A stretch of 64,000 nt of DNA from Octopus sinensis (GCF_006345805.1 NC_043019.1:24985360-25049359); one strand, 5' to 3'; positions 40,329 through 54,844 are shown, numbered from the stretch's first letter. Notes: generated from the letters alone by a model not told the origin. Numbers and translations: made by a program.

Positions 40329-41940
40329 ATATATAAATGAGATAGGGGGTCTAATCTTAATGCTCTTGTGTAGTGTTTTAATAAAGTATATGATTCGGTA
40401 TTATCTGATAGTTGATGAATGATTTAGATATATTTCTCCATTTTCTCATTTTGTATATATATATATATATGCATGTATGTATGTATGAGTATGTATATGT
40501 ATGTATGCATATATATATATGAGAAAAGCTCAAAGAACTGAGGCTCTTTTCCCTAGAGAGAAGACGGGAAAGATATGTAGTTCTATAAATATATATTCTT
40601 TTATTCTTTTATTTGTGTCAGTCATTTTACTGCGGCTATGCTGGAGCACCGCCTAGTAAAGTTCGGAGAGGGATTCCCCTAATAAAGTTGCGAGAGGGAC
40701 TCCGTTAGTAAAGTTCCGAGAGGGACTCCACTCTCGGCTGTCTAACTTCTGCCTCTTAAGAAGTCATGCGGCTACTCTCCTATTTTTTCCGGAAATACCG
40801 AAATCACGTAGTGGAAGGTCTTGACAAAGACGCGGTACGCCTCAGCTACATTTAAATGATCGAACTGTTGTTTCAATAACCAGTCAAATGCTGCAACGCA
40901 CGCGCACACACGCACACACACACACGCACACACATATATACACGCACAAACATGCACACACACAAACACACACACATGCATACACATTCATATATAGTAG
41001 AGTTTACATGAAGAATTTCTGATATATTGTTGTGTGTGTGTGTGTGTGTGTCGTTGTGTGTCTGTGTGTGTGTTGTGTGCGTGTGTGTGTGTGTGATGTG
41101 CGTGCGTGTGTGGTGTGTGTGTGTGTGTGTGTCTCTGTGTGTCTGTGTATGTATGTATAGTATGTATATGTATGTGTATATATTATATATATATATATAA
41201 TATATATAATATCTAATAATATATATATATAAATGAGATAGGGGGTCTAATCTTAATGCTCTTGTGTAGTGTTTTAATAAAGTATATGATTCGGTATTAT
41301 TGATATTTTGATGAATGATTTAGATATATTTTTTTCTCCATTTTCTCATTTTGTATATATATATATATATGCTGTATGTATGTATGAGTATTATATGTCT
41401 ATGTATGCATATATATATATGATAGAAAAGCTCAAAGAACTGAGGCTCTTTTCCCTAGAGAGAAGACGGGAAAGATATGTATTTCTATAAATATATATTC
41501 CTTTTTATATTTTATTTGTGTCAGTCATTTTACTGCGGCTATGCTGGAGCACCGCCTAGTAAGTTCGGAGAGGGATTCCCTAATAAAGTTGCGAGAGGGA
41601 CTCCGTTAGTAAAGTTCCGAGAGGGACTCCACTCTCGGCTGTCTAACTTCTGCCTCTTAAGAAGTCATGCGGCTACTCTCCTATTTTTCCGGAAATACCG
41701 AAATCACGTAGTTGGAGGTCTTGACAAAGACGCGGTACGCCTCAGCTACATTTAAATGATCGAACTGTTGTTTCAATAACCAGTCAATTGCTGCAACGCA
41801 CGCGCACACCGCACACACACACACACGCACACAAACACCCACACATACATACACCGCACAAACACGCACACTCACAAACACACACACATGCATACACATT
41901 CATATATAGTAGAGTTTACATGAAGAATTTCTGATATATG
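40205..41940. repeat. Tandem duplication of a ~900-912-bp unit (2 copies)
   Basis: GTCTCTGTGT at 40231 and 41131; AAGAATTTC at 41011 and 41923. The unit includes a CR1-like ELRLFSLERRRERY scrap, a SINE tail and a 3 x 26-bp repeat. Confidence 0.9.
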
Positions 41941-42163
41941 TGTGTGTGTGTGTGTGTGTGTGTCTGTGTGTGTCTGTGTGTGTGTGTGTGTGCGTGTGTG
42001 TGTGTGTGAATGTGCGTGCGTGTGTGTGTGTGTGTGTGCGTGCGTGTGTGCGTGCGTGTGTGCGTGTGTCTATGTGTGTCTGTGTGTGTGTGTGTGTGTG
42101 CGTGTGTGTGAGTGTGTGAGTGTGCGTGCGTGTGGTGTGTGTGTGCGTGCGTGTGTGCGTGCG

Positions 42164-42204
<41 letters not shown>

Positions 42205-42274
42205 TAGATATAAATTTACCAGAGTAAATACTTAAAATATGTAAAATGTTCAAATATGAAACTTGTGTTAAATC

Positions 42275-42445
42275 AAAAGTTAGTTGAGCAAAGATTTTAT
42301 TAGGGAGGAGATTGTATCGGTGGAACTATAAGCGATTTTAACTTTGTGTCTATTAAACAATGCTTCATAATTGTGTTCTGTAAAATGTCCATTTACTGAA
42401 TTTAGAAAGATCTTACCTATATTGGACATAACACTGAAAGAGGAA
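42275..42445 (-). mobile_element. PLE linker fragment
   Basis: SNIGKIFLNSVNGHF..LFNRHKVKIAYSS resembles TNIGK.FL.LIDKHF..IFNRNTVKISYS. Confidence 0.65.
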
Positions 42446-43880
42446 ACGAAATTGGTACTCCGTCGGTTACGACGACGAGTGTTCCAGTTGATCCTATCAA
42501 CCGAACAGCTGGCTTGTGAGATTAGCATGCAAGTGGTTGAGCACTCCACAGACATGAAATTCAGTGTGACACAGTTCTCAGGGAAATTCAGCGTGATGCA
42601 GAATGTGTCAAGCTGAATGCATTGGAGCAATGTGAAATAAAGTGTCTTGCTCAAGAACGCAACGCACCGCCAGGTATCGAACTCCAGACCTTAACGATCG
42701 TGCGACGAATACCCTAAGCACAAATCCACACACCTTCGTGAATGGGAAGTGGGTACAAACTAAATTACCTCCCTGTAACTCATTCTTCAGACAGGGTCTC
42801 TGTCTGGAGTCATTGGGGATCTTGAAGCATCCTTGTTGTGAAGGGCCCCATCGAAAGTATATTTGTTGAGTAGCAATATGGAGATTCTTCTCCCAGCCCC
42901 TTTCCTGGGGTTTTGTAACTCTAATTGTGACGAGTGGGTCCTACGTAGATGTGAGTTTCCTAAAAGGCTTCAAGGAACCATTACTAAAGACTACAGTAAC
43001 GTTCAAGAACGTGCCTAGCAATTTTCGGGACGGAGAATATGAACCTCTTCATAATATCTTTATCTTAACCTACCTAATGTGTTTCCAATTTTTACGGTTG
43101 GAAAAGACCGTGACATCGCCCAATACAGATGAAAATTAGTAGGACATCTTCATCGCAAAGCAGATAAGATGAATAATTTAATAAAATAGAAGATGTCTAC
43201 ACTAATGAAGGCTCCCCAGGCTCACATTGTGAGTAGCTTTTGAGTCTTGGTTTTTAACCCAGGATGACCCCTTATCAAAGAGTAGGGTCTTTCTAGCTAA
43301 GAATATAATCCCTATGCCTTTATCACTAATCTGTTCATTGAGAAAGGTGATAAATATTTTGAAATCATATTATTCCATGCTAGAAATCCCCTACTCTTTG
43401 ATACGGGCTCAAAATGGGATCCTATTTACAAATATAAAAGGCTGATGCTTCTTGAAAAAGATTTACAATCGAACAATTTATAAGATCTTTTATTGATTCA
43501 ACATTATAAACAACAAAATAACAAGAGTGTGTATGAATAAAATTAATAAAACTGTGGTATGTGATTTTGTTGTTTATTTAGTGAATGTGAAACAAAGCTA
43601 TCTCTGGAGAGGTTGCAAGTCTAGCGAAAGTAACTTTCTCAGATATGTCGAGGCCGATTCCTCGAGAATAGTGTTGATTCTGAAGAAACACAGACTACAG
43701 CCATGAGCACCTGTATCGAACCCGTGATACAGACGTCGATAAAGTCGATAAAGTCTTTTCACAGACATCCAGTACACACATACACACACACACACATACG
43801 CATACACGCACGCACACACACACACACATACATACATACATGCATACATACATACATACATACATACATACATACATACA

Positions 43881-43912
<32 letters not shown>

Positions 43913-46445
43913 CACACATGCGGACACATATAAACATGTATACATGCATACATACATACGCGCGCACATACATATATACACTTACACATACATACAAACA
44001 TACATACATACGTTTGGATAGATACAGTCAAACAGGCAGTCTGACAAATTGGTTCCGTGAGTTACAAAACGTTTAAAATGTGTGTTTGAAGATACGGCCA
44101 TATTATTATGATAACCTAACTCAGACAAGATGCGTAGCCGGATGTATTTTCTTATGAGTAAAACTTTAAGTCAAAAACTGAACTTTGTTCAAACAGGATT
44201 TTAAAATATTCTTATCAACATGAGGGAAACCTTCTTGCGATAATGGCGGACAATGATAATAACAAACCAATATCGCCGACACAAACAATATCACTGAGAC
44301 TAACAGAACCACTCTCACTAAGCATACTACTCACAGTAACAGTAGTACTAACACACACACACACACACACACCAATAATATCGCTAAAATTGTTAGCTGT
44401 GTATTCTCTAAGTGTTCTCACTACTTTGGCTTTAAACTGTAAACGGCCGTTTATTTTCGTGAATTGAAAACCTCCATGAATATCCGTCAGTTTTAATGAA
44501 GACGATGAAGCATTATTGAAACGATGTTTATCGAAATTTAAACCGTTTCATAACTAAGCAACTGCCATCTCAGTTATATTTCATTGCCGAATAATGGCAA
44601 TGAAAGGACAACTGTTATTCTAACTAAACGGATGTTGTTCAATTTTTTTGAAGACACTTAAAACCAGTTGAAATTTGACATAGAAGAAAACTACGAGTAT
44701 CTAAACAAACCGCCGACTTTATCTACGCTATCATCACCATCACTCGACTATTGTATGTCATCTGCTTAGCAAACTGATCCGTCTGGGATAAGTAGAGGAA
44801 ATATACAGCTGAAAAATATTTTTACACTCACCATCCAGCCCTTGAATTTTTTTTTCTCTCTAAGCTATCATTAACACTCTTGTTACCATATTTCTGTTGT
44901 AAGACACAGCCTTTGTTTTAATTAATTTTGAAAATTATGGAGAATTAAGTAAAATAACTTTGTCATCATTAAACTGGCGTTTGGAGCATGAATTAACATG
45001 GAATTTTGATGGAAGATTTTTTTGATCCCTTTAAAGCAAGACGTTTGTATGGAAGAACCAGGGACAGTGTCAGGCAAGTTGATATCCTATAAGCCATACT
45101 TCTAACGAGCGTGAAAAATAAAACCACTTTTATACAAATGTTATTGACAATATCGTTGGAGACTCTATGAAAATATATAACATGTATATAGCTGTTGTGA
45201 AACCGAAAGACCACCGAGAGGGTATTTACTATGTACATAATAATGAAATTATCCAACGAAAGCAGCGCAGATGGATAACAAGTCTAGAACATCGACAACT
45301 TGAGACCCGGATCAAACATTTTGTTTCCATCTTAAGGTTTAAATAAATTCGTGAGGTCAGAACTCGCATCTTACGTAAACAAAATTGTCCAAATTATAAG
45401 GAGGCTCTTCACTGTAAACTGTTAAGGGGAGACAAATGTCTCTAAATCACGACGTCAAGACTGAGTGATAGACTTCGTAATCGGAAAATGAATTTTATTG
45501 CGATCAGCCAGCATTAATCATATTTTTTATTGTAATCCACAAAATGTATGCGAGAAGAAGAGGAAAACAATATTTTTGTAAAAGGAACCACTTGTCAGGA
45601 AGGTCCTAAAACATTTTTTCAAAGATCTGGAATGAAAAGGTTTGCAACCATAATTTGATACAATCAAGAAAGGAGAGTGAATCGACATTAACAGTAAAAT
45701 TGCAGAATCAAATTTGAAACTTTACATATTCAACTTTGAAAGTTTTCACTAAAGATGTGAGAAAAGCTGTATAATGGAACGGCACTTGTAAAATTATGTA
45801 AAATTATGATGTGCTGTAATTGGTTCATCATAGTTCGGACAAATATTAACGCCAAGAATGAAAACCCTGACTTGGTAGAAAGTTATTCCTTCCCAACACT
45901 AAAACGTTTATTCAAGCTGTCCAAACTGAATGCTCCAAGACTATTATGAGATCGATAACGTAATATAGATAAACAAGCAGGTTAATAGAAAGGTATGAGA
46001 AGATATACCAATAAACTCAGTTCCGTGTGAAGGAAGATGACTCTCCAGAAACAGTGTGACAGTCTGGTCTCATTTCAGAGAGGTATTTGTTTCTGTTACC
46101 CTCTCGTGAATGAAGTCACAGCACTTGTCGAAAGTATACGCGGCCCTGCTTGCTAGCAACAATCAACAATCCTCACATTTGTCACTGAAAACAGTTTGAC
46201 TGTCTTTGATCCGATATTTTAATCTTTTGAGAGGAATATTCCAATGAGACAGTCTATGCTTCTCTTTAGTTTAGCAACTGATCCTCTGTCACTTCTTTTA
46301 CAAATCTCCACTGGTTTTATTTTTAGATCAACATAAAGAGACACCAATATGACCCACAATGTTTGCGTTGCCGATTTAGATCTTTTCTCGAAATATTCAC
46401 ACTGCACACAAACAACTAGAATTAACAAGAATAATTTCAGTTTAT

Positions 46446-46545
46446 NNNNNNNNNNNNNNNNNNNNNNNNNNNNNNNNNNNNNNNNNNNNNNNNNNNNNNN
46501 NNNNNNNNNNNNNNNNNNNNNNNNNNNNNNNNNNNNNNNNNNNNN
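46446..46545. other. Assembly gap (100 N)
   Basis: Run of exactly 100 N. Confidence 1.
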
Positions 46546-46699
46546 CAAACAAGAAAAACCAATTCCTTTTCTAAAGGACTACATTCTAAACTACAAAAGC
46601 CGTGAGGAGGTATTTACTAAATCTGACAAAAACGAGATTAATAAATCAACCTACCACCGTTTCCTCACTAACTTTATCACGGGTGTATCTAAAAATGAT

Positions 46700-46725
46700 A
46701 ACAGCATCATCATCAGCAGCAGCAG

Positions 46726-46766
<41 letters not shown>

Positions 46767-46768
46767 AC

Positions 46769-46806
<38 letters not shown>

Positions 46807-46813
46807 CAACAAC

Positions 46814-46893
<80 letters not shown>

Positions 46894-47026
46894 TAATAAT
46901 AATAATGATGATGATAATGATGATAATAATAATAATAATAATAATAATAAGAGCAACAACAACAACAACAACAACAACAATAATAATAATAATAATAAGA
47001 GCAACAACAACAACAACAACAACAAC

Positions 47027-47064
<38 letters not shown>

Positions 47065-47086
47065 TAATAATAATAATAATAATAAC

Positions 47087-47127
<41 letters not shown>

Positions 47128-47150
47128 TAATAATAATAATAATAATAGTA
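46700..47150. repeat. Compound (AAT)/(AAC)/(GAT) trinucleotide tract
   Basis: Directly visible. Confidence 0.95.
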
Positions 47151-47370
47151 ACTGCAGCATCTTGAACAATACTAACACGAAAGCCTAAACATTTCTGTAG
47201 TAATGAATATTAATAATCGATCCGAATGTCTCCGTTAGTTTACTTTTAGAAATCACAGGAAACTTCAAACATAACATCTTACCAGATTCGCTAAAACTTA
47301 TGCTGGAATTTTATCATTTCTTACTACACTGCATACATTTTTGCGCGAATTTTTGCTAATAATAATAATA

Positions 47371-47416
<46 letters not shown>

Positions 47417-49899
47417 GAATTAAATTCTTCCTCTTCTTCCAGTTCTGACATTCCAAATTGCAACTGTGTGAACACTAATTATTGCCTCTCAGATAGCAAT
47501 TGTAAAATCAGAGAACTAGTGTATTGTACTGCTGTAAATACTAACTCCACCTCGGAAACTTGCATTAGCATAACAGCTCTCAATGCGATTCTTTAAGCTG
47601 AGCTAACCGGCAGGGGACTAAGAACAAGATGGCGGGAAATATCCATAGTCTCATTTGGTCATGCTTTGGAAACCAGCTGGAAAGTGTATTGATGATTATT
47701 TCTGATAGGGCCCTATAGAAGAGGTGCTTGAGGATTCAACTCCTACGACCCTCCGAGGAGTAATGGACGGAGATGGATGGATGGATGGATGGATATGTGC
47801 TACTCATCTTCCTCTTTTAAATTTTTTTCTGTCCCTTAAAAAATAAGCAATCATATCCAATAAAAAAAACTTAGAGCTATAACCAACTAATAATACCTTT
47901 ATTTCACTCCTCAAAATTTACTAATTTCAATTGGTAATTAGCCCCGTCACATTCTTCAAAGTGTTATTATTCCTGGACGACCGTAAATTATAGAGAGAAG
48001 CGATTTAAAGTTACCTTCAGGGCAGCTGTGCCACTTGGCTGAGGCCGATATTTTTAAGAGGGGTCTTTTAGAGCTGCTTTCCATGGGTTGTAACGTTCAA
48101 ACGTTTAGGGATTCGGGAAGTTTCACGCCACTAACGGTGACAGTTCTTCAATATAATTGCTGATAATGTTTGGTTTGGTCCAATCAACGATGTTCCACTT
48201 TCACAGCCTTAAGATCAGTCATTCTTTTTTGTGCAACATAGCTGCCCAAATTAAATATTACAGCTGCAAACATATGTCACACAGTTATCATCCTATCAGT
48301 TGAAGTGTAGCTGTCAAAATCCACCGACATGTCAGCTTAGGGGATTCCGCCTCGCTAAAGAACATTAATACTCAACAACTACAGTATTGCATAGAAAAGA
48401 ATTCTACGGATCTAAGAGAAAATAGTTTCAAGGTTCACAATGAAAATTCTTTCTGTGCCAATTTATCTGGAAATTTAGGAATCTCGAACTGATAAGACCC
48501 CACCATCAGTAACATGTAACATGGATGATAGGATCAAAGCACAAATACAAATAAGATACATTTTTGATTTGTTGAAAATATCTCCGCTTACAGAGAAGGC
48601 AGAGCAATTGCTGGTGGGGGCAGTTGGGAGAAACTCCAAATGAGAAGGGGAGATAACCTCAAGAATCAAGGAATCTTCGAAAGTAACATGCCATTAAGGA
48701 AAAGACAGTCTGATTATCTGGTGACAAAGGAAAAGGTAGACTTAGTAATTACCACCAATTTCAAATTAGAAAGGGGAGATAATCTCAAGAACGAAGAATT
48801 CCACAAAATTGACAAACCATAAACAAATCTCGGAATAATTCTAGAGTAAAATGTCGAGTAGAATGAAAAACTGAAAGTCAAAAAAACCTATTTAAAATGT
48901 TCCTCATATCCAAATTTACCGAAACTTACTATCCTGTGACGCAGTGCCACATACTTGCGGGCCTTCACTCTCGACAGCTTCGGTAAAGTCATTCAAACCT
49001 TCGAACTAAACTGTCCTCCCAAGAGCGCCGTCCCTCTCTTTCCTTTGAATCAGAAATAACCAGCTAGACCATTCTGCCCTACCCACATCCACTTTCATCA
49101 ACCACCATGAAACCCGACCGTCGGTTTTTGTCTCGCTTATCTTGGACAGTGCCACTGCACACATATGTGCAACGGCTACATGCACAAACACCCCTGACAG
49201 AGCCCAGAACATGGCCAACCAATTGAATGGCAAACTCAAAGAGCATTAATCCATCTCTTTTTCTCTTCAACCACTTCTGTTCTTCTTCACCTCCACCTTT
49301 CCTTAGACCACTCCAACACACCTGCCAATTCTCCCCATTGTGATTTACCCCTCTTGCCATAAACCTAACCTACACACACCACTTAATCTTTCATTGAACT
49401 GTATCACCCCACAATTATCTCTCCACCCACAATTTTCCTCTAGGTGTCGACCTATAAAAGTTCAAACTCCACATCGACCTCATCAACCAACCCTGATGGC
49501 AAAGGTCAATGGCATTAAAACTCCTTCTCAGACTAATTAAATAAAGAATAAAATAGCAAACAGATTAATCCCTTTCCAGTTAATTACAACTCTATTAAGA
49601 TATATTAGTTAACTGATTAACGTGTTGTACAAACAACACACGCCTCTGAGTCTGTGTTTGTGTTCGTGTGTGTGTGTGGGGGGGGCGTGCGTGTCTGCCT
49701 GTATTAGTATGTCTGTGTGTCGGACGCCCAGTGGTGGAGAGGTTGGTATAATACAACAATGGCGTGTCGTCCATGTTAGTTCATAGACGGAGTGGTTTCG
49801 GTCCTTGGTGGGTTTCACTCCCTGATATTTTTTTTTGTTCCCAGTCTTTGAGATAAAGGAAAATATATGTATATAAGGGAGAAAATAGATATGGCGGGG

Positions 49900-50091
49900 C
49901 CCACCATCAGTATGGTGATGTCCCAGCATTGCGGAAGACCAGTACAGTGATACCTCAACCTGGTGGTCCCCTAGTAAGGCGATTACCTAGTGTGATTGTA
50001 CCCCAACAAGGCGATGGCCCAGCATGGTGATAGCCCAGTATATCGATGTTCCGGTATGACAATGACCCAGAATGACAGAACCCAAGCATGA
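49900..50091. repeat. Degenerate ~16-bp minisatellite, about 12 units
   Basis: Units such as TGATGTCCCAGCATTG, CGATGGCCCAGCATGG, TGATAGCCCAGTATAT and CAATGACCCAGAATGA. Confidence 0.7.
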
Positions 50092-50092
50092 T

Positions 50093-50147
<55 letters not shown>

Positions 50148-50150
50148 TAT

Positions 50151-50219
<69 letters not shown>

Positions 50220-50329
50220 AAGAAGTACAAGCATATAGCCTTACACACACATAGCCTTACATGACCTTTTGCTCGTCACCAGAAAATCACTGATGGCGAT
50301 GTTGCCTGAAACTTTCACAGTGACAGTGG

Positions 50330-50815
50330 CATAGATAACAATTAGCTTTCATTTTGAAGGTTATACTTTAGAAATCCAAAAACAGGAAATAATATCCGTG
50401 ATGGACAAAAGAGTTAGGGATGCTGGTAAAACAGCGAGATGCAACAACAAATGCAGCCTCCATCAAATTGATGCTGAGGAGGTCACCACATCTTGAGTAA
50501 CTGTCTAAACACGCCATCATGAAACTATTTATCTATGAGCTGTGATGTCGTGGCCAAAACATTATACGTTTCGATTGGTGGAAAAGACAGATAGTGCTAA
50601 GGATAAATAGGAGGGAGTACTGAAATGGTCCCTGGCTTTAAGGGTATCGCGAAAGGCCTGGTTAGAGGCCCAACCTTCCGAGTTCTTTTACAAGGCTAAG
50701 AAAAATATGAAGGAACACTGCAATAAATACGTGAATCTGAGAGGGGAATATGTTGAATAAAATCATAATTAACTGATCCTCCTGTATTTTCTTTTACCCA
50801 ATACCAGAAACTCTT

Positions 50816-50871
<56 letters not shown>

Positions 50872-51740
50872 GTAAATAATATCAGAATTTAGAGTAATGT
50901 TGTGGGTGTACTCACTCATGATACAAAAGAACAGTGATAGGATGTTCGTGTCAAAACCTCCGTAAGATGGAGGCATAAGGGTTCTAGTTATAATGATCCC
51001 ACTTATAATGATGTGCAATGGGGGGAAAGTAAATGTGACAGTATCCGAAATGGGTTACTCAAGAGATGTTAACATAATATTAAAAATTGGTAAAAGAGTA
51101 AACATCAATACTGAACTAATTAGAAGTCTCCAGATATTGCTACCAAACTCTATAATTACTAGGCTGCTTGGTTATATATCGAGTTACTACAGCAACAGAG
51201 TTAAGAACCTAGTCTTCCTAAAACCAGGGAGGACAACAGTTGCCCGTAAATGCTAAGATACCACTTCCCATTATGGCATAATATTGTTGTTCAAGCAATA
51301 ATACCATCGATGAAGAAGACTGCCCAAATGTAAATAGCTAATATATCTTATTGTTCAATACACACTTAAGGAATTTGGTGGAACATGCCCATCAGAACTC
51401 CCACGAATTGCAACAGACCTAATGCGGTTGTCTAAGGTCGTGAAGAAGCATCGCGTGTAGTCACAGAGGTCAGTTGCTCTCCTGTAGATGTGAATATTTC
51501 ATCAAAAAAACAAACACAAACTGAACAACTTCGAAGCTTTGGGTTCCTCCACCACCCTCATTGTAAATTCATACTTATAACGATAATGGCGCATTTGGTT
51601 ATGTTGGCAAAATGCTTAAAAGACAATCTGGAAATGCTAGAATTTTCAGGCAAAGAGGAAACTGAGAACCGCGTACCCAACAGATACAGTTTGTAAGTGG
51701 AACAGAACAAATTTGAAGATTTTCTTTAAGTTCAACATGT
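50330..51740 (+). mobile_element. Decayed RLE-type (R4/Dong-like) LINE C-terminus split by a mariner MITE
   Basis: EGYTLEIQKQEI..NNKCSLH (zinc knuckle region), then PNAVV*GREE..VVTEVSCSPVDVNIS..GAFGYV..QIQFVSGT. Same family as 4478. Confidence 0.6.
50608..50874 (+). mobile_element. Mariner-derived MITE with TA ends and a (CA)n expansion in the right TIR
   Basis: TIR-like ends and the internal transposase tail VNLRGEYVE*. Related to the 57126 copy. Confidence 0.7.
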
Positions 51741-51859
51741 AACATTTATCGTTGACGTATTCCAAATACCAAATTCCAGAGTTTTGTTTCTTGAAAAACA
51801 GCTCCCTCGTTATAAGAAGAATTCTAATACTTAAAAAAAGAAAGGCATACCTACATTCA

Positions 51860-52197
51860 TTCATACATGCATATATACATACATATACATACACATAAAT
51901 ATATACATGCATACCTAGATGTATGCATACAAACATACATGCACAACATACACAAATACACATATGCATACGTATATACATATATTCATATATATATATA
52001 TATACATCACTATATACAAACATACATATGTATGTGTGTATATATATATATATACATATATATATATACATATGCATATACGTACATACGTACATATATA
52101 CATATATATATATGCATAAATATATACATTTATGCATACACAAGCACATATACAAACACACACGCACATACACAAACACACACACATACATACACAC

Positions 52198-52228
<31 letters not shown>

Positions 52229-52555
52229 TACATACATACATACATACATACATACATACATACAATACATACATACATACGTACGTACGTACGTACGTCC
52301 GTACATAGTATGTATGTATACATATATACATACAGAAACACTTACATACATATATACATACACACATACATACACACATGCATACATACACACATACATA
52401 CATACATACATACATACATACATACATACATACATACATGCATGCATGCATGCATACATACATACATACATACATACATACATACATACATACATACATA
52501 CATACATACATACATACATACATACATACATACATACATACATACATACATACAT
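51860..52555. repeat. Long (TACA)/(CA)/(TA) microsatellite
   Basis: Directly visible. Confidence 0.95.
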
Positions 52556-52736
52556 GGTGGTCTGATATCAATAACTGGGTTGGAATTTTTGCCATTTCAT
52601 CTCATTAATAAACAAATTCTACAATTGTCCTCAGTCCTTCACTGGCAGCGGACAGATACATGGGTAAATATTTGACAATTTAAACTTAAATATTAAGTGG
52701 AAAAGAATGTATGGACTTTTGGACCACCCTGGATGT
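52551..52736. mobile_element. Possible Tc1/mariner MITE
   Basis: TACATGGTGGTCT and GGACCACCCTGGATGTA resemble degenerate TACAGGGTGGTCC TIRs. Confidence 0.4.
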
Positions 52737-52871
52737 ATACACATACACACACACACACATACGTACGTGTGTATATATAAACGTACATACATGCAAGCAC
52801 ACATACACACATGCATTACTTACATATATACATACATAATTACTACATACATGTAAAACTTACATGTTTGT

Positions 52872-53316
52872 AGGCGCAAGAGTGGTTGTGTGGTAAGTAA
52901 CTTGCTTACCAAGACATGGTTCCGGGTCAGTCCCACTGCGGGCATCTTGGGCAAGTGTCTTCTGCTATAGCCCCGGCCGGCCACCATGCCTTGTGAGTGG
53001 ATTTGGTAGACGGAACTGAAAGAAGCCTGTCGTTATATGTATATATAGTGTGTGTGTGTGGTGTGTGTGTGTGTGTGTGTGTGTGTTGTGTGTGGTGTGT
53101 GTGTATTTGTGTATCTGTGTTGTCCTCCTAGCATTGCTTGACAACCGATGCTGCTGTGTTTTTACGTTCCCGTCACTTAGCGGTTCGGCAAAAGAGACCG
53201 ATAGAATAAGTACTGTGCTTACAATGAATAAGTCCCGGGGTCGATTTGCTCGACTAAAGGCGGTGCTCCAGCATGGCCGCAGTCAAATGACTGAAACAAG
53301 TAAAAGAGTAAAAGAG
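52872..53316 (+). mobile_element. CORE-type SINE with many 1-bp indels
   Basis: Aligns with the 35576 copy. Confidence 0.85.
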
Positions 53317-53519
53317 TATGTAATTCTATACATTAAATAAAGTGTTCGAAAATAAAGAGAAGAACGTTAAGAGCCGAGTGTGAGCCTCAATAAGTATTCT
53401 TTTCTCGATGACGATCAAATATGGCTCCAGAACTGCCGGACAAACTGAACTTAACCAAGACATGAAAAAGAAACATTGCCCTTACAAACAAAAAAGGCAA
53501 CTTTACCGTGTGTTAATGT

Positions 53520-53960
53520 TGGTTTCAAATTTTGGCACAGGGTTAGTAATTTCGAAGAAGGGGTTAAGTCGATTACATCGACCCCAGTACGCAACTGGTA
53601 CTTATTTTACCAACCTCGAAAGTATGAAAAGCAAAGTCAACCTCGGCGGAATTTGAACTCAGAACGTAAAACACAGACGAAATGCCGCTAAGCGATAACG
53701 ATTCAGCCAGGTTTCTGCCTTAAACAATGTGTTTAATATTGATAGTAAGTATAAAGCAATGAGCCGCCAGAATCTTTAAGACACTGATCAAAATGCTTAG
53801 CAGCATTTCGTCTGTTTTTACCTTCTGATTTCTGGCGAGGTCGACTTTGCTTTTCATCCGTCTGGGGTTGATAAAATCAGTACCACTTGAGCACTGAGAT
53901 CAATGGAATTGACTTACTTCGTGCCCCGGAACTGCTGACCTTGGGGTAAAATTTAAAACC
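53520..53960. mobile_element. Two oppositely oriented Meta-like SINE copies
   Basis: Minus copy at ~53520-53720 and plus copy at ~53785-53960. Confidence 0.7.
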
Positions 53961-53989
53961 AATGTTGATAGTAAGTGTAGCCTCTTTTG

Positions 53990-54680
53990 GATGTGTGGCT
54001 CTGACATTAACTCATATTGTCATGGTCATATTCTGGCAATCCAAAAGCAGGAAACGGCTACAAAACATCGGCTGAATAAAAGAGATAATGAAGTGCTTAA
54101 ACCACCAAGATGTGACCGAAAATGTTCCTTATGTCACGTTTCTGAGGAAGATTATAACAAATGGCTGCAACAACAACTTCCCAGAAGTGTCATTAAGCTA
54201 CTGCCTCTCATTGCGATATAATGTTCTTCCTAAACAATATACAATACCATCATCTGTAGGAAAGAATATGTCTATGGTTGAATACATAAATATGCTTTAA
54301 TACAAAGTATATTGATGGAAAATTCCCATCAAAGCTTCGCTAAGTGCAATCATAATAATCTAATACAGTTGTTTCGGCCATAAAGGGAAAAATACGTTCT
54401 GTTACAAAGGCAGGCTATCTCATGAGTATGAATATTTCTTGCAAAATCACCGATAAAAAAAAAAAAACATTTATGCTGCTTCGAAACGTATAATCTACCC
54501 AGATCATAAATATACGTTGGTATCCATAATCATCGCTGTGCTTGGACATGTTGTCAATTTGTTTATGTAGAAATCTCGTCGAGATGCGGGGGTTTTAGGC
54601 AAAGCAAGATGCCAATTGATAAATAGTCTACAAGTAAGATGTGTAAGTGGAACAGAGAAAATATTCAAGACATATCGATA
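53990..54680 (+). mobile_element. Decayed RLE-type LINE C-terminus
   Basis: HILAIQKQETATK..RCDRKCSLCHVSEED (CCHC region) and IIIAVLGHV..LQVRCVSGTEKIFKT. Confidence 0.6.
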
Positions 54681-54844
54681 ATTCAACATCTAAACATTTA
54701 CCCTGATTTTCTTGTTTTAAATTCGTGTGTGTGCATGTATGCTGTTTGTGTGTGTAAACAAGGATTTTCCACCTGAAAGGATTGAGAGATCACGATAGAA
54801 AAAACATATTCCCGAGATAGCAGTTACGGCTCTCTTTACTTTCC

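Noticed and set aside
40654-40731. CRISPR-like appearance of short repeats (also 49900-50091)
   Set aside because: No spacers, no cas genes and a eukaryotic context.
46349-47188. 279-aa ORF with poly-Asn
   Set aside because: It spans the N gap and an (AAT)n tract. The short complex part (KPIPFLKDYILNYKSREEVF) matches nothing I recognise.
51488-51692. Apparent exon with good AG and GTAAGT sites
   Set aside because: It is the RLE tail of an R4/Dong-like LINE, and the same GTAAGTGGAACAGA occurs in the homologous relic near 54645.
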